DNA of 64,000 nt from Heterodontus francisci (lineage: Eukaryota): NCBI RefSeq assembly GCF_036365525.1, contig NW_027141237.1, forward strand, positions 744,001 to 808,000, given 5' to 3'. The translations under genes and the position numbers were made by a program. Every line of letters begins with the position of its first letter. Positions within the stretch are counted from its first letter, which is position 1. Under the pieces are notes generated by a model. That model was not told the origin of the DNA. It ran no database searches and saw nothing but the letters and a program-made list of their open reading frames with translations. Positions 14,001-26,000 of the stretch are shown here, in pieces.

Positions 14001-17000
14001 ATCATTCTTAGCAACTCGTCCTCAAACAATGTTTTGACGGCAGAATTTTCCAGCATTACTTTTGAGGATGAAGGGCAATATTTCTGTTATGCTGCAAATA
14101 AACACGGGACATCAGTGAACTCCATAAACATTACTGTAGAATGTGAGTATAGCATTCTATCAATACTTGGAAAGAAATATTGCGTTGGTTTTCATATTTT
14201 TTTTCAGAAGTGAATGAAAATATATATTGCGAATTACAATATTGCGTCTTATACCAAATGAATTATCAAACGCATGGGTGAAAAAAGAGCGCAGCAGACG
14301 CCCATTTTGCACCCGCCTGATTTTGGTTTCTGTTGACTATAATGGAAGGCATGTTCAGAGTGGTGTCCCCTTGCTGGAGTCCCGAAGTAGCTACCTCAAG
14401 TTTCACTTTCACCCCCTATAATTTTAATGAATCCTTATTTTCGACTGAGAAGAAAACTAGTAATGTATGCTAGTAGCAGCATGGCAACATAAGCGGCTGC
14501 AGCTTTTGGTGTGGTGGTACCTTTTAGTGTAGAGCTGGAACTTGCTCCTGATAGCTTCAGAGAGTTGTAACCGGAGGCCTGAATTCTGAGATGACAGACG
14601 GCATGATACTTCAGTTTTATGGAAGTGCGTGTACCCTCTGCACCATGGGGTTTGGGAGCCCAATTGACCCTTCAGCCCTTCATGGCTACTTGCCATATTT
14701 ATTCACACACAGACATATAATTACCAGTCTTCACATTGCCTGTCAAATTGTTAAGTAGATAACAGGCTCCCTACAACAGAAAGGGCATGTAATGCCATGG
14801 GGAAGGTAGCGTTGAATATGTCTGAACAATAGAAATGTCTAAGACTGACAGGAATTAGGACATGATGTCATTCAGAGATCCTCGCTGGGGACACTGCGAT
14901 TTATCACATGTACAAATAAGGAACTGGGGGAAAAGGGGGAAAATTGCACTTCACCTATGACACAGAGCAAGTAAAATTGAATGGGCGTTCCATTTCGCAC
15001 TCTTGAATGGAACGGAAATCGAGCAGTTGTCAAATGGGGTCCAATTCACGATCACTCATTTTGCACTATCACAAAAGTTCCCGTATTTGCAGATGAAACC
15101 AAACTGTGATATATAATTTGAAGGAATACACCGAAATACCATAAGCATAGTTCTTCTTCAAGATTTTATTTCCCTTTGACAGATTCACCTTCAAAACCAC
15201 AGATCAATTCCTCGTTGACAGTAAGAGAGGGCAGTTCCCTCCTGATATACTGCATCACGCAGAGTAAACCAGAATCTCGATTACAATGGATGAAAGATGG
15301 TGCGCCCATTAGCAACTCCTATTCAGGAAACGTTGTGACAAAGATGTTTGCTGACATCAAATATGCGGATGATGGAGATTACCAGTGCGAGGCAAGAAAT
15401 AAACATGGTACTGTGAGCAGTTGGATGAACATCACTGTGGAATGTAAGTCTGAAACCCTATTTTTCTTCTTTGTAACCACGCACGATGACTAATAAGTAT
15501 CTTTTCACGATATTCATCTCTGAATCCTTAAGTTCCAATTCATCCATTAAAATATCTGCTCAAAATATTCGTACTAACGATTCAAGCACTCGTGTACTAT
15601 TAGAACAAACAGCAATTTCTTGGACATATTATCTTTACGAGTCATTGGATTTTCCTTGAAAGAGGAATTATTTCAATAATTACTTGCATTTCTGTTCAAT
15701 TCCCAACAAAACTTTAGCATTCAGATCTACAAATTAATTTGTCGATTTAACTGACTGAAGGGGGAGAGGGTGAGAAATTAACTCGGTCCAGACATAGAAT
15801 ATTTGCTTCCAGAGAGAGTAGTTACAAGGAGATCATAACAATCTTTGGCAGCGATGTCGGACATCCTCTAGATTGCAACTGATTCAAGAAAGGATAGGAA
15901 AGACAGGCAAACAGGGAGGCAACTTATACAAATGCATGGACAATGCATGAGTAAGAATGAACTGTTACTTCAGATGTTTCCAACAGCACGGTGTGCTGAA
16001 AGGCATCACAGTGAGGCAGATGTGAATGCGATGTGGAACTCTGCTCCCTTGCACATGAACAGTAACTTTCCCTGCAACGCTTCACAGTGGGTACAGATCT
16101 GAATGTAGTGCCGTGGAACAAATCTTTCAACTGGAATACAATGCTCTGTAGGAGGTCATTGAACTATAAGCGCTATACGATACAGAAAACTGAATGACAC
16201 GACTTTGATGCGGAAGAGTAATTATAAGTTTTTAAATATTCGTTCCTGGGATGTGGGCATCGCTGGCAAGGCCAGCATATATTGCCCATCCCTAATTGCC
16301 ATTGAGAGAGTGGTGGTGAGCTGCCTTCTTGAATCGGTGTAGTCCATGTTGGCTAGGTACAGCTACAGTGCTGTTAGGAAGGGAGTTGCAGGATTTTGAC
16401 CCAGCAACAGTGAACGAACGGAGATATAGTTCGAAATCAAGATGGTGTGTGGCTTGGAGGGGAAATTGCAGGTGGTGAAGTTCCCAGGCATCTGCTGCCC
16501 TTGTCCTTCTAGCTGGTAGAGGTCGCGGGTTTGGAAGGTGCTGTCGAAGGAGACTAGGTGCGTTGCTGCAGTACGTCTTGTAAATGGCACACGATGCTGC
16601 CACTGTGCGTCGGTGGTGGAGGGAGTGAATGTTTGTAAATGGAGTGCCAAACAAGTGGGCTCCTTTGTCCTGGATGGTGTCGAGCTTCGTGCGTGTTGTT
16701 GGAGCTGCACCCATCCAGACAAGTGGAAAGTATTCCATCACACCACTGACTAGTGCCTTGTAGATGGTGGACAGGCTTTGGGGAGTGAGGAGGTGAGTTA
16801 CCCGCCGCCGTATTCCTTGCCTCTTACCTGCTCTTGTAAACACGGTATTTATATGGCTATTCCAGTTCAGTTTCTGGTCAATGGTAACCCCCAGGATGTT
16901 GATAGTGGGGATTCAGTGATCATAAAGTCATTGAATGTCAAGGGGATATATTTAGATTCTCTCTTGTTGGAGATGGTCATTGCTTGCCACTTGTGTGGCG

Positions 17001-20000
17001 TGAATGTTACGTTCCACTTATCAGCCCAAGCCTGGATATTGTCCAGGTTTTGTTGCATTTCTACATGGACTGCTTCAGTATATGAGGAATTGCGAATGGT
17101 GCTGAACACTATGCAATCATCTGTGACCATCCCCACTTCTGTCCTTATGATTGAAAGAAGGTCATGATGAAGCAGCTGAAGGTGGTTGGCCCTAGGACAC
17201 TACCCTGTGAGATTCCTGCGGTGATAACCTGGGACTGAGATTATTGATCTCCAACAACCACAGCCATCTTCCTTATCGCTTGGTAAGACTCCAAGCAGCA
17301 GAGATTTTCCCCACAGATTCCCATTGACGTCAGTTTTGCTCGGGCTCCTTGATGTCATACTCGGTCAAATGCTGCCTTGATGTCAAGGGCAGTCACTCTC
17401 ACCTCACGTCTTGAGTTCAGCTCTTTTGTCCATGTTTGAACCAAGGCTGTAAAGAGTACAGGAGCTGAGTGGCACTGGCTGAACACAATCTAAGCATCTC
17501 TGAGCAGGTTATTGTTGAGCAAGTGCCATTTGATAGCATTGTCGACACCTTCCATCACTTCACTGATAATTGAGAGTAGACTGATGGGCTGGCACTTGGA
17601 TGGGTTGGACATGTCCTGTGTTTTGTGTACAGGATGTTGATCCTCAAACTAGGGTGTCAGCTGACCTGGCGGACAAAAGACACCTGCACGAGATACTTCG
17701 TAGAAACACTTTCATTGATACTTAAATCGCTTAGGTACTCGTTATTTCACTTGTGAAACTACCTGTTACTTGTTACAATAAATCACAAGACTCACGGCTT
17801 GGACTTAAATACTATCCATTGCGTGGCGAGGTGATCAGTCTCCCTTTGATGGGTTCTCTTCACTGACTCCTGACCTGGTTACCCTCCACGATGGTCCTGC
17901 AGTCTTCTTCTTTTCGGGGCTCCTAGCCTCCTCTTTTTATCCAGATGTTCCCAGCCCCGAGAATGTCCTTAGTCATGTACATCCATGACCTGGAGTTAGT
18001 GTTAGTTGCAAATCAAACCAAAATACATGTGCTCTCCTTATACTTGCTTTCTGTCCTCGTCCAGCAGTCTCATCTGCAGCACATCTTATCTCACACACAG
18101 CTTATTCAGCGGGGTTCGTTTCTCACAGTTCTCGTGCTTGTGCAAGGCTGGCTATTTTTCCCTTCATGCTCTGCAGATGCTTAGCTGTTAGCCATCCAGC
18201 TACAGTCCACCCTTTGATCCATTAAGCATTAGCGAATTGGATCATAAATGCGCCCAGATCATACCCCACCTCGCAACAGCAGATATTCAAGTCCAGGCCG
18301 TGTTACATTTACTCATATCTATCATTCGTTCACGTTTTCACACATGCCAGTCTATTTCAACTTCCCTTCCATTTCAACTTTCCAACGTTTCAACATTATC
18401 ATATTATATATTTGATCCACCAACATCACAATCATACCAATAATTACCATGTAGGAAGCAATTCGTATCCATGGATGTATCTCTATGTTGGTATCCCAAT
18501 TCAAAATATCGTCCCAACTGTTGGTTACTTTAATCATTTCAATCTTTTGCCCAGTTTCCTCGGCTTTCTGAATGTCTTTGACAAATGTCTGGTGGGTTTT
18601 AGCTAACTGTTTCTTGATCCGTTGCAAATCCTGAGGTAAAAGTCTACTGTTCGTTTTGCAATTTTCAAAATACCTTTCTAAACTCTGTTTAATTTCTTCC
18701 GTGACATTAATCATAGTTTCTTCCCTCTTACGTTTACCGACCAGCTCGATTTGGCCTATCCTGGCTGGTATTTGGCCTTTAAAGCAAAGGGTGGTGCAAG
18801 CAGGCAAGTCTGGATGCCATATTTGTATTCCTTTAATGAGGTGGTAACACAATACTCCCCTTTTCCCTTTTAAGTGACCACTTAAAATCAATCTTGTGGG
18901 CTCTGGCTTCCAGGGTACAATTCAGATCTCTGTCTGGTCTGAATCCACATAGGGCTTACTCACTGAGGTATATGAGGTAGGTGCAGACAACTATCTTGTC
19001 TATTTGGTGGCATTTGGTCAGTGTGGTACCCATCATTTTCCCTTCCTTTTCCACAGTGTAAGGCAGGACATCCTTGTAACTCATCCAGATTCCTAGTTTA
19101 ATGATACCTATATTTTCCACCTGAGAGACGTTTAGCCCTATCCCACACGTAGCGACTATTGGGAGTCCTAGTACCATGCCCAAAGCCTTGCCCATGGTTC
19201 CTCCACAATTCGTATTGAGCCATACCCTGGTCAGATGTCGAAGCTGACAGCCTGATATCACTGAGTGCATTTCCCTAATGGTCAAGCTTTTTTTTAATTG
19301 CTTGTCACTTATCAAAGAGGGAACTGTCCCTTGGTTTGCCTACTCAAGGTTTTCCCATAGCTGTTCTAACATCCAACTGCCATAGATACTACACAGAGTT
19401 CTATATTGCTGTCTGGCATTGTCGTCCGATTTTCCCCTAAGAATTTGTTTAATAGCTTTAGCCTGCTTCTCCAATATTTTAACTATTTGGATTTCAGCCA
19501 GCTTTTCAGCCAACCCATCTTCAGCATCTCGGTTATCATTATCATTCAACTCACATGGGACTTGCTTAATTTTCTGGGTCAAGATTTTGAGTTTACTATC
19601 CAAACTTTCTAAATCGAGGATGTTAATAGTGGACATTCCATTCCCACAGGCTGCTGCAACATCATTGACTATACTCCTTTTCCTTCAGCTTTTGATTTCA
19701 GGTTCTGACGTCTTCTCATTCCATACCTCACATTCGGCTAATCTTTGGGTTAATTGGGTGCAAAAATTCTTAATCTGGGTTGGACACCATTCTGCCACTT
19801 GGGTCCATGTTATATTCACTCTGTCCACCAGATGGGGACACGTTTCAGGGTTTCTTGGTGTTTCTATGTTGATTGTATTCATCATTTGGAATATGGCCAG
19901 AATGGTAGTGGCAGCGGCTATGGTCGTCAGGGAGGCTGGTTCCAGTAACCATTCCGACTGGATTTTTGTTATTGTGCTTTCACACTTAGACTGTTGAGAT

Positions 20001-23000
20001 GAGTTCAAGGTTTGATCCTGTTTCTTCTGATCTGACGTGGGGTCAGCACATCCGCATTTGGTAAACACTACCCCACCCCCCCCCCACCCCCTAGACGCAT
20101 ACAACTAGTTGAGGTGTTGGCAATTGACAAGGTATTATGGTTCCCAGGCTCATCCTGAATCTGGTCGCCCTGAGCCGACACTTCAATGAACATCAGACTG
20201 GGAAATGCTGAGAGATAGTTAATACACACTTGTCTGTTCAATGGGACACTAATGGCTAGTTCAAATTAAATGCCAACACACCTGTTGAATACTGAACCAG
20301 GTGCCTCACCATCCAGTTATGGCCCCAGGATTGGCCCATGATATGGATGCTCCTTACTTTCCAATGCATAATTTTCTATAGGGATCAAAGAATATGGGGC
20401 AGAAGCGGGAACAGGTTACTGAGTTGGATGATCAGCTATTATCATAATGAATGGCGAAGCAGACTCGAAGGGCCGAATGGCCTGCTCCTGCTTCTAATTT
20501 CTATGTTTCTATCACGAGTTGGTACCACTTTGTGTTCTCCGAATTTTACGACCTTTCCATATAGCTTTTCTCTGAAAGTGCGGGCCGTGTCAGACCTTGG
20601 TTCGTTGGTATTTAGCAGTCCACACATCACAAACACGATTAACAGCTTCATTTCGAATCACTTGTAATCTGTAAAACACAAAGTAATTTCAGCTCTTATT
20701 TACAGTTTCTTATTATAGCCAAATAACCTGGCTAATTTCAATTTCATCACCCAGGCGATTTAAACGCCTGTTCCCCCATAAGCGAGTCCAGGTCGGGGAG
20801 ATCGGTATCTGGATAGGCCTTGTTCACCTGTGGACCCGATTCAGGGGTGGTTGTTGTTGTTGGGTCCCTTGAACGTTCCCTATAGCTTGCTCCACTTGCG
20901 GCACTTGTGGCAATGGCAGAGGGATAGGGACCGGAGATGATGCTTCGCAAGCGTCCAGCAATACATGTTGCTGGTGGTTATTCTGTTTGCTGACCAATTT
21001 TAATTGGTTTACACGATAACATCCGGTCTTCCCAGAGTTCATTAGGACTTTGTACAGCGAGGGACTTGCTTTGCCCACGATGGAGTGGGGGCCGAAATAC
21101 TTAGGGGACAGAAATGTGCCCGGCTGGTGGACCTGGAGCATAACTTTCTCTCCTATTTCATATTCGACAGGCTTCACCTTGCCGTCGAAATATGCCTCAG
21201 TACATTTCTTCTTCCATCCCATTTTGACCGTGGTGGCCGTTTGTGCAGCCTAGACATTGTCCAATAACTGTTGCATGGCTTTCTCATGACTGAGAGCTGT
21301 TAGTACAGGATGGGACAGGTCGAGTCCCAGGAGGGTTTCAATTCCTCTCATGGGACGGCCTACCATCAGAACATGGGGGAAAAGCTGTTGAGCTTGATCT
21401 CAGCATTACGGCAAAGGGTAGGACCACATTCCATGTTGAATTTTTCTGTTGGACGGTCTTCTGGATCATGCCTTTCAAGGTTCTATTTATCTTTTCTACT
21501 ATACCACTAGATTGCAGATGTTAAGCTATGTGGAATTTCTCATTTATGCCCAAAAGGGCCATTACATTTTGCATGACCTGGGCGGTAAAATGGGTACCCT
21601 GGTCGGACTCAACACTGCGCGGGAGTCCCCTTCTGGTAAATACTTGCTGCACCAGTATGTCGGCCGTTATTTTAGCCGCATTAGTTCTAGTGGGGAAGGC
21701 TTTGACCCACTTACTGAAAGTGTCAATGATGGCCAGGATGTACTTATATCCCCCCTTGCGTGGTGGCATAGGGCCTATATAATCTATTTGTAAGTTTGCC
21801 CAAGATCCATTTACTGTTCTCGTGTGTCGAAGATTTCCCTTGTTGGCATAATGATCAGGATTATTTTGGGCACACACCGAACAATTGTCCACATAGTGAT
21901 TTACATCCCTGTCAATGTTAGGCCACCAACGCAAGCTTTTAATTCGCTCCATTGTAGTTTCTACTCCTTGGTGCCCCTGGATATCATGGCATTGGTATAT
22001 TACCTGATTGCGGTCTTGGGTTGGCACCATGTACCGCCCGTCCATAAGGACCAGTATGTCCTAAATGTGTATCTTAGCTCTCCATTTGTTACATAATGCA
22101 GGGAATGATCCATCTCGGATTTGTTTTCAATCATTATCCATACCTTGGGCCTGTAAAAGGTCCTCAGCCCTAGTCTGATTGACAGTGACTGTGTTTACTT
22201 GCTCATCCACTGGGAGTTGGCTCCCCGTCTCGGGCGCCTTGCTTTACCAATTCGTCTGCTCGTATGTTCCCAGTTGGGGAAGATTTATGGTGTGCTTTCA
22301 CTTTTATTATACCATATTCTTGTCCTTGGGCTGAATGTATAATGTGTTTTAAGAGGGGCGCAGATGGTAGAGATTTGCCGTCCGCTGATACAAATCCTCT
22401 TGCTTCCCACAAGGGCAGGAAATTAGTCAAACTGTTGCATTCATGCATGCTGTCCGAATATAAATCTACTGGTGGGGGAAATCTGCCGTGGTGGCTGACC
22501 ACATACACTGCCGCTGCTAACTCGGCAGTCTGAGCTCACATTTTAGCTGGCTGTTTTAAAACTATCTCTGCTAGCGGTGTACCTTGATACTCTTCTGAAT
22601 AGATGCCACATCCTGTTTTGCTCTGTCCATCCTCTACTATGGAGGACCCATAAAGAATTTAGTTTAGCGCCTGATTGCCAGGTTCACATCCCACTCTTTT
22701 TTATTTGGCAAATATGGTCCCTTGGGATCATGCACTGTCAATACCTGTTATTCATTTGGCTTACCGCTATAACTGAGATTGTCAGTGAGAAAAGTGGGTG
22801 CTTTGATCCGCTTGACGACAATATGCCGACCCTGCAACATCAGAGTCCGTCGGGCTATACCATTTTGTCTAATGTTACCGTCCATGATCTGTCCATCCAG
22901 CAACAGCTGAATGGGTGTCTGCTGTGTGAGGACCATTAAGGGGTCTGTCCAATTATGTACCCAAAATACTGTACCGCCCAGAAAACCGCCAGAAGATGTC

Positions 23001-26000
23001 ACTCACAGGCATAAAACCCTTGCTCTACAGAGGTTTGAAGTCAGGATGCATACGCGACTGGTCTGAGTCTCCCTGGCACTCCTGCAAGAGGACCGCTGAG
23101 ATGGTAGAATCCGTTTTGGCAACCTCCAGAGCACAGGGGCTGGCTGGATTTGACACTTTCAAGGCCAGAGCCTTGGTTCGGGCTTGCTTCAGTTCCAGAA
23201 TAGCCTGAGTGCGTTGTTCATTCCACAGTCATGGGGCATCTTTCTTTCGGAGCTCTGACAGTGGGGAGGCTTTGGTGGCAAAGCCATCGATATGGTTCCA
23301 CCAATATCTGACAAGTCCTAAAAAAGATCTGAGGGATTTCACGTTCCTGGGCAGGGGTAATTGCAATATTGCCTCAATACGTTTAGTCTCAATTTCCCGC
23401 TTACCATAGTTTACGTAGTTCTTAAGTATGCAACTTGGGATTTCATAATCTGGGCCTTTTAGGGTTAACCTTGAGTACCAAGGAAGTAAGGAGGGCTAAC
23501 AATTCACTGAGGAGCTGGGGATGTTCCCCTTTAGTGTCTGTTTGGAGGAGGAGATCATCAACCTATTGAATTAAACATTCAGCTCGAGAAAAACTGATGA
23601 GTCCCTGCGCTGAGCAAGGAGCTGGGACTTGACCACAATGTATCTTGTTATGGAGCAAACAAACACGGTGTCACTTTCTCCAGCTTGCAACTCGATTTAC
23701 CAGGTAACTACTGCTTGTATTTCAGTGAGTAAACTTACAAAGGGATAGATGACATACCGTCTTTTTCACTGATAATCGTCTGCTTTTTGCCTTAAAAATG
23801 AAACAACCAAGGCAATAATAATAACTTTGACCAACAGTGTAAAATGCACAAGTCGACGTAGCCAGCCTTTAAAAAGCTCCCTAGAATTTCCTCCTGGAAT
23901 TTCACACTGTGTGCATGTGACAGGCCAAGCTCCACGGCAGTAACGTGTGTTCAGAAAATATGTCCAGAGATGGCATAAGTGATCCCCAAAAGGAGAGTCA
24001 GGTTTATATTTTCATTTAAACTATGGAGCTGAGCGTCACAGGAAAGACCGGCATTTATTGTTCAGCCCTACTTGCCCTTGAGAAGGTGATGCTGGGCCTT
24101 CTTCTAGAATGGCTGTAGTTCAGTGTGCTGAAGGTGCTCCCATCGTGCTGTTCGATCAAGAATGAAGGAGCGGAGCGATGTGCCCAATCAGGGTGGTGAA
24201 CAGAAACTTGGAGGTGATGTTCACATGCAGCTGGAAAACCTTGTCCTTCGCGGTGGCTGGAGGTTGGGGTTTTGGCAGGTCCTGTCGTTATATATGGTAT
24301 TTAGAAATATTATAGGACATAATACTAAAGCAACAGAATGCTATATATAATCTTACATGATTGTATACAGTTTACAAACTTTAGAGATATTTTTAAATAT
24401 AGTAAAGTTGCTCTCAAAATGGGAATTACTACTTATTATTGCCAGCTGCAGTTCGATGTTTTCTGTCTAACATCATGTTCTGATATTTAGGAAGACCAGA
24501 CTATAAATTGATTGTAGGAATCGGAGCAGCAGGTCTGATCACTATTGTTTTGGTTGTCATCTGTGTGGCCATGAAGTTCAGAAAGTAAGTGACGTTTCTC
24601 AATTGTAGTTGTTGTTGTAACTTACCTGCAATCAATTAATTCAATGCCTGTTAGTGGGATTCAATTGGGGAAATGCTATGTTAAATTGTCAATAATTAAC
24701 AGATGATCGATATTTTTCGACCTCCTGCACGCTACAGAGAGGGATGTACCTTTGAGGCAGAATGTAACACAGAACGGATAAAACCTCTTTGTTTTATCTA
24801 TTACCTGTGCCCTTGCTCAACTGTTTGGTCAGCTGTACAGATGAGAATTGACCTTTGCCCACAGGCCTTTTTAAGTCATTGGTCCAAAGGGAAACAGTGT
24901 GAATATTCGCTCACAAATGCTTAACACATTGGTGTGAAATTTTCATTCTGGGCTGGTAGTCATGTTGATTTCACTCAAGTTGCACGTTGCTTCCAATGGT
25001 AGAAAAGTCGCTATAAAGCGATTTCGAGTGGTAGCACAAAACGGGCGATAGCCAATAGGCAGCTTTAAATGAAAAAAGAAAGTCGAGTGCAACACGAACT
25101 AGTGATTGGCTATCGCCCACTTGAAACTACCGCACAGACACTTTGTACCCCAGTGGAAAGTTAGAAGTTTTCTGCTCGTTTTCGTTTCCAGCGAAATTGT
25201 TACTGGGCCAATAGAGCAGATTCAGTTTTCAATGCAAACAATGAAAGAGGAAATCAATCTTCTCTTTGTGCTTTTAACAAAAATGCTATCATTAAGTTTA
25301 CAGGGAGTGTTAATCAGCAACCAACTCAATGAATACATGCAATTTAAATTTATTTCACTCTGTCTTTATCAGGAGAAAACGCTGTAACGATGTGCTACGA
25401 TACTCGAGAACAGAGAAGGTAATTAATGAATGGAGCTTCAGTGAAACAGGTCTCACTGATGTGTCCGTGTGAAATTAGTACATTTATGTAGCGCCTTTCG
25501 CATCAGCAAGACTTCTCAAAGTGATGTGCAACAAATGGATTGACTAGGACTTTTAAAATTCCTGCTCTGTTTTTTTCAGAGAGAACTCCTTGTGGTCTGA
25601 GCTTACACCTGGTCTAAGAGGCTCAATCACAGGTCTTTGCCAAACTAGCAGTGGCTGCTCTATGAATAGCATCGAGACTAAATTGAATAAAACTGCCAGT
25701 GCTCCGGTGCCTAATCCCTGTCGAGTGATCCCTTCCCAACTGTTCAACATCCTCGTTTCAGGCACACTTTGAGCATGTAGCCCACTGGCACCCAGTGTGC
25801 ATGCATTAGCAATATCCACTGGATTCCAGGGAACAATTGAAAACAGTTGGGCGGCATAGTGGTGCAGTGGTTAGCACCGCAGCCTCACAGCTCCAGGGAC
25901 CCGGGTTCAATTCTGGGTACTGCCTGTGCGGAGTTTGCAAGTTCTCCCTGTGTCTGCGTGGGTTTTCGCCGGGTGCTCCAGTTTCCTCTCACATCCAAAG

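Larger units (their letters stand above)
17635..23609 (-). mobile_element. Endogenous retrovirus, 5'-truncated and decayed (lokiretrovirus/spuma-related candidate)
   Basis: Order on the minus strand is RT, tether, RNase H, integrase, env, PPT, LTR. Many stops and frameshifts. No gag, protease or 5' LTR. Confidence 0.9.

Noticed and set aside
19419-19997. 192-aa plus-strand ORF
   Set aside because: Antisense shadow of the env gene.
18352-20651. Domesticated, syncytin-like env
   Set aside because: Multiple stops and frameshifts plus a CR1 insertion.
25580-25772. Possible extra cytoplasmic exon of gene 1 after ttttttcag
   Set aside because: In the required phase 0 it hits a stop within a few codons, and the flanking exons already join in frame.
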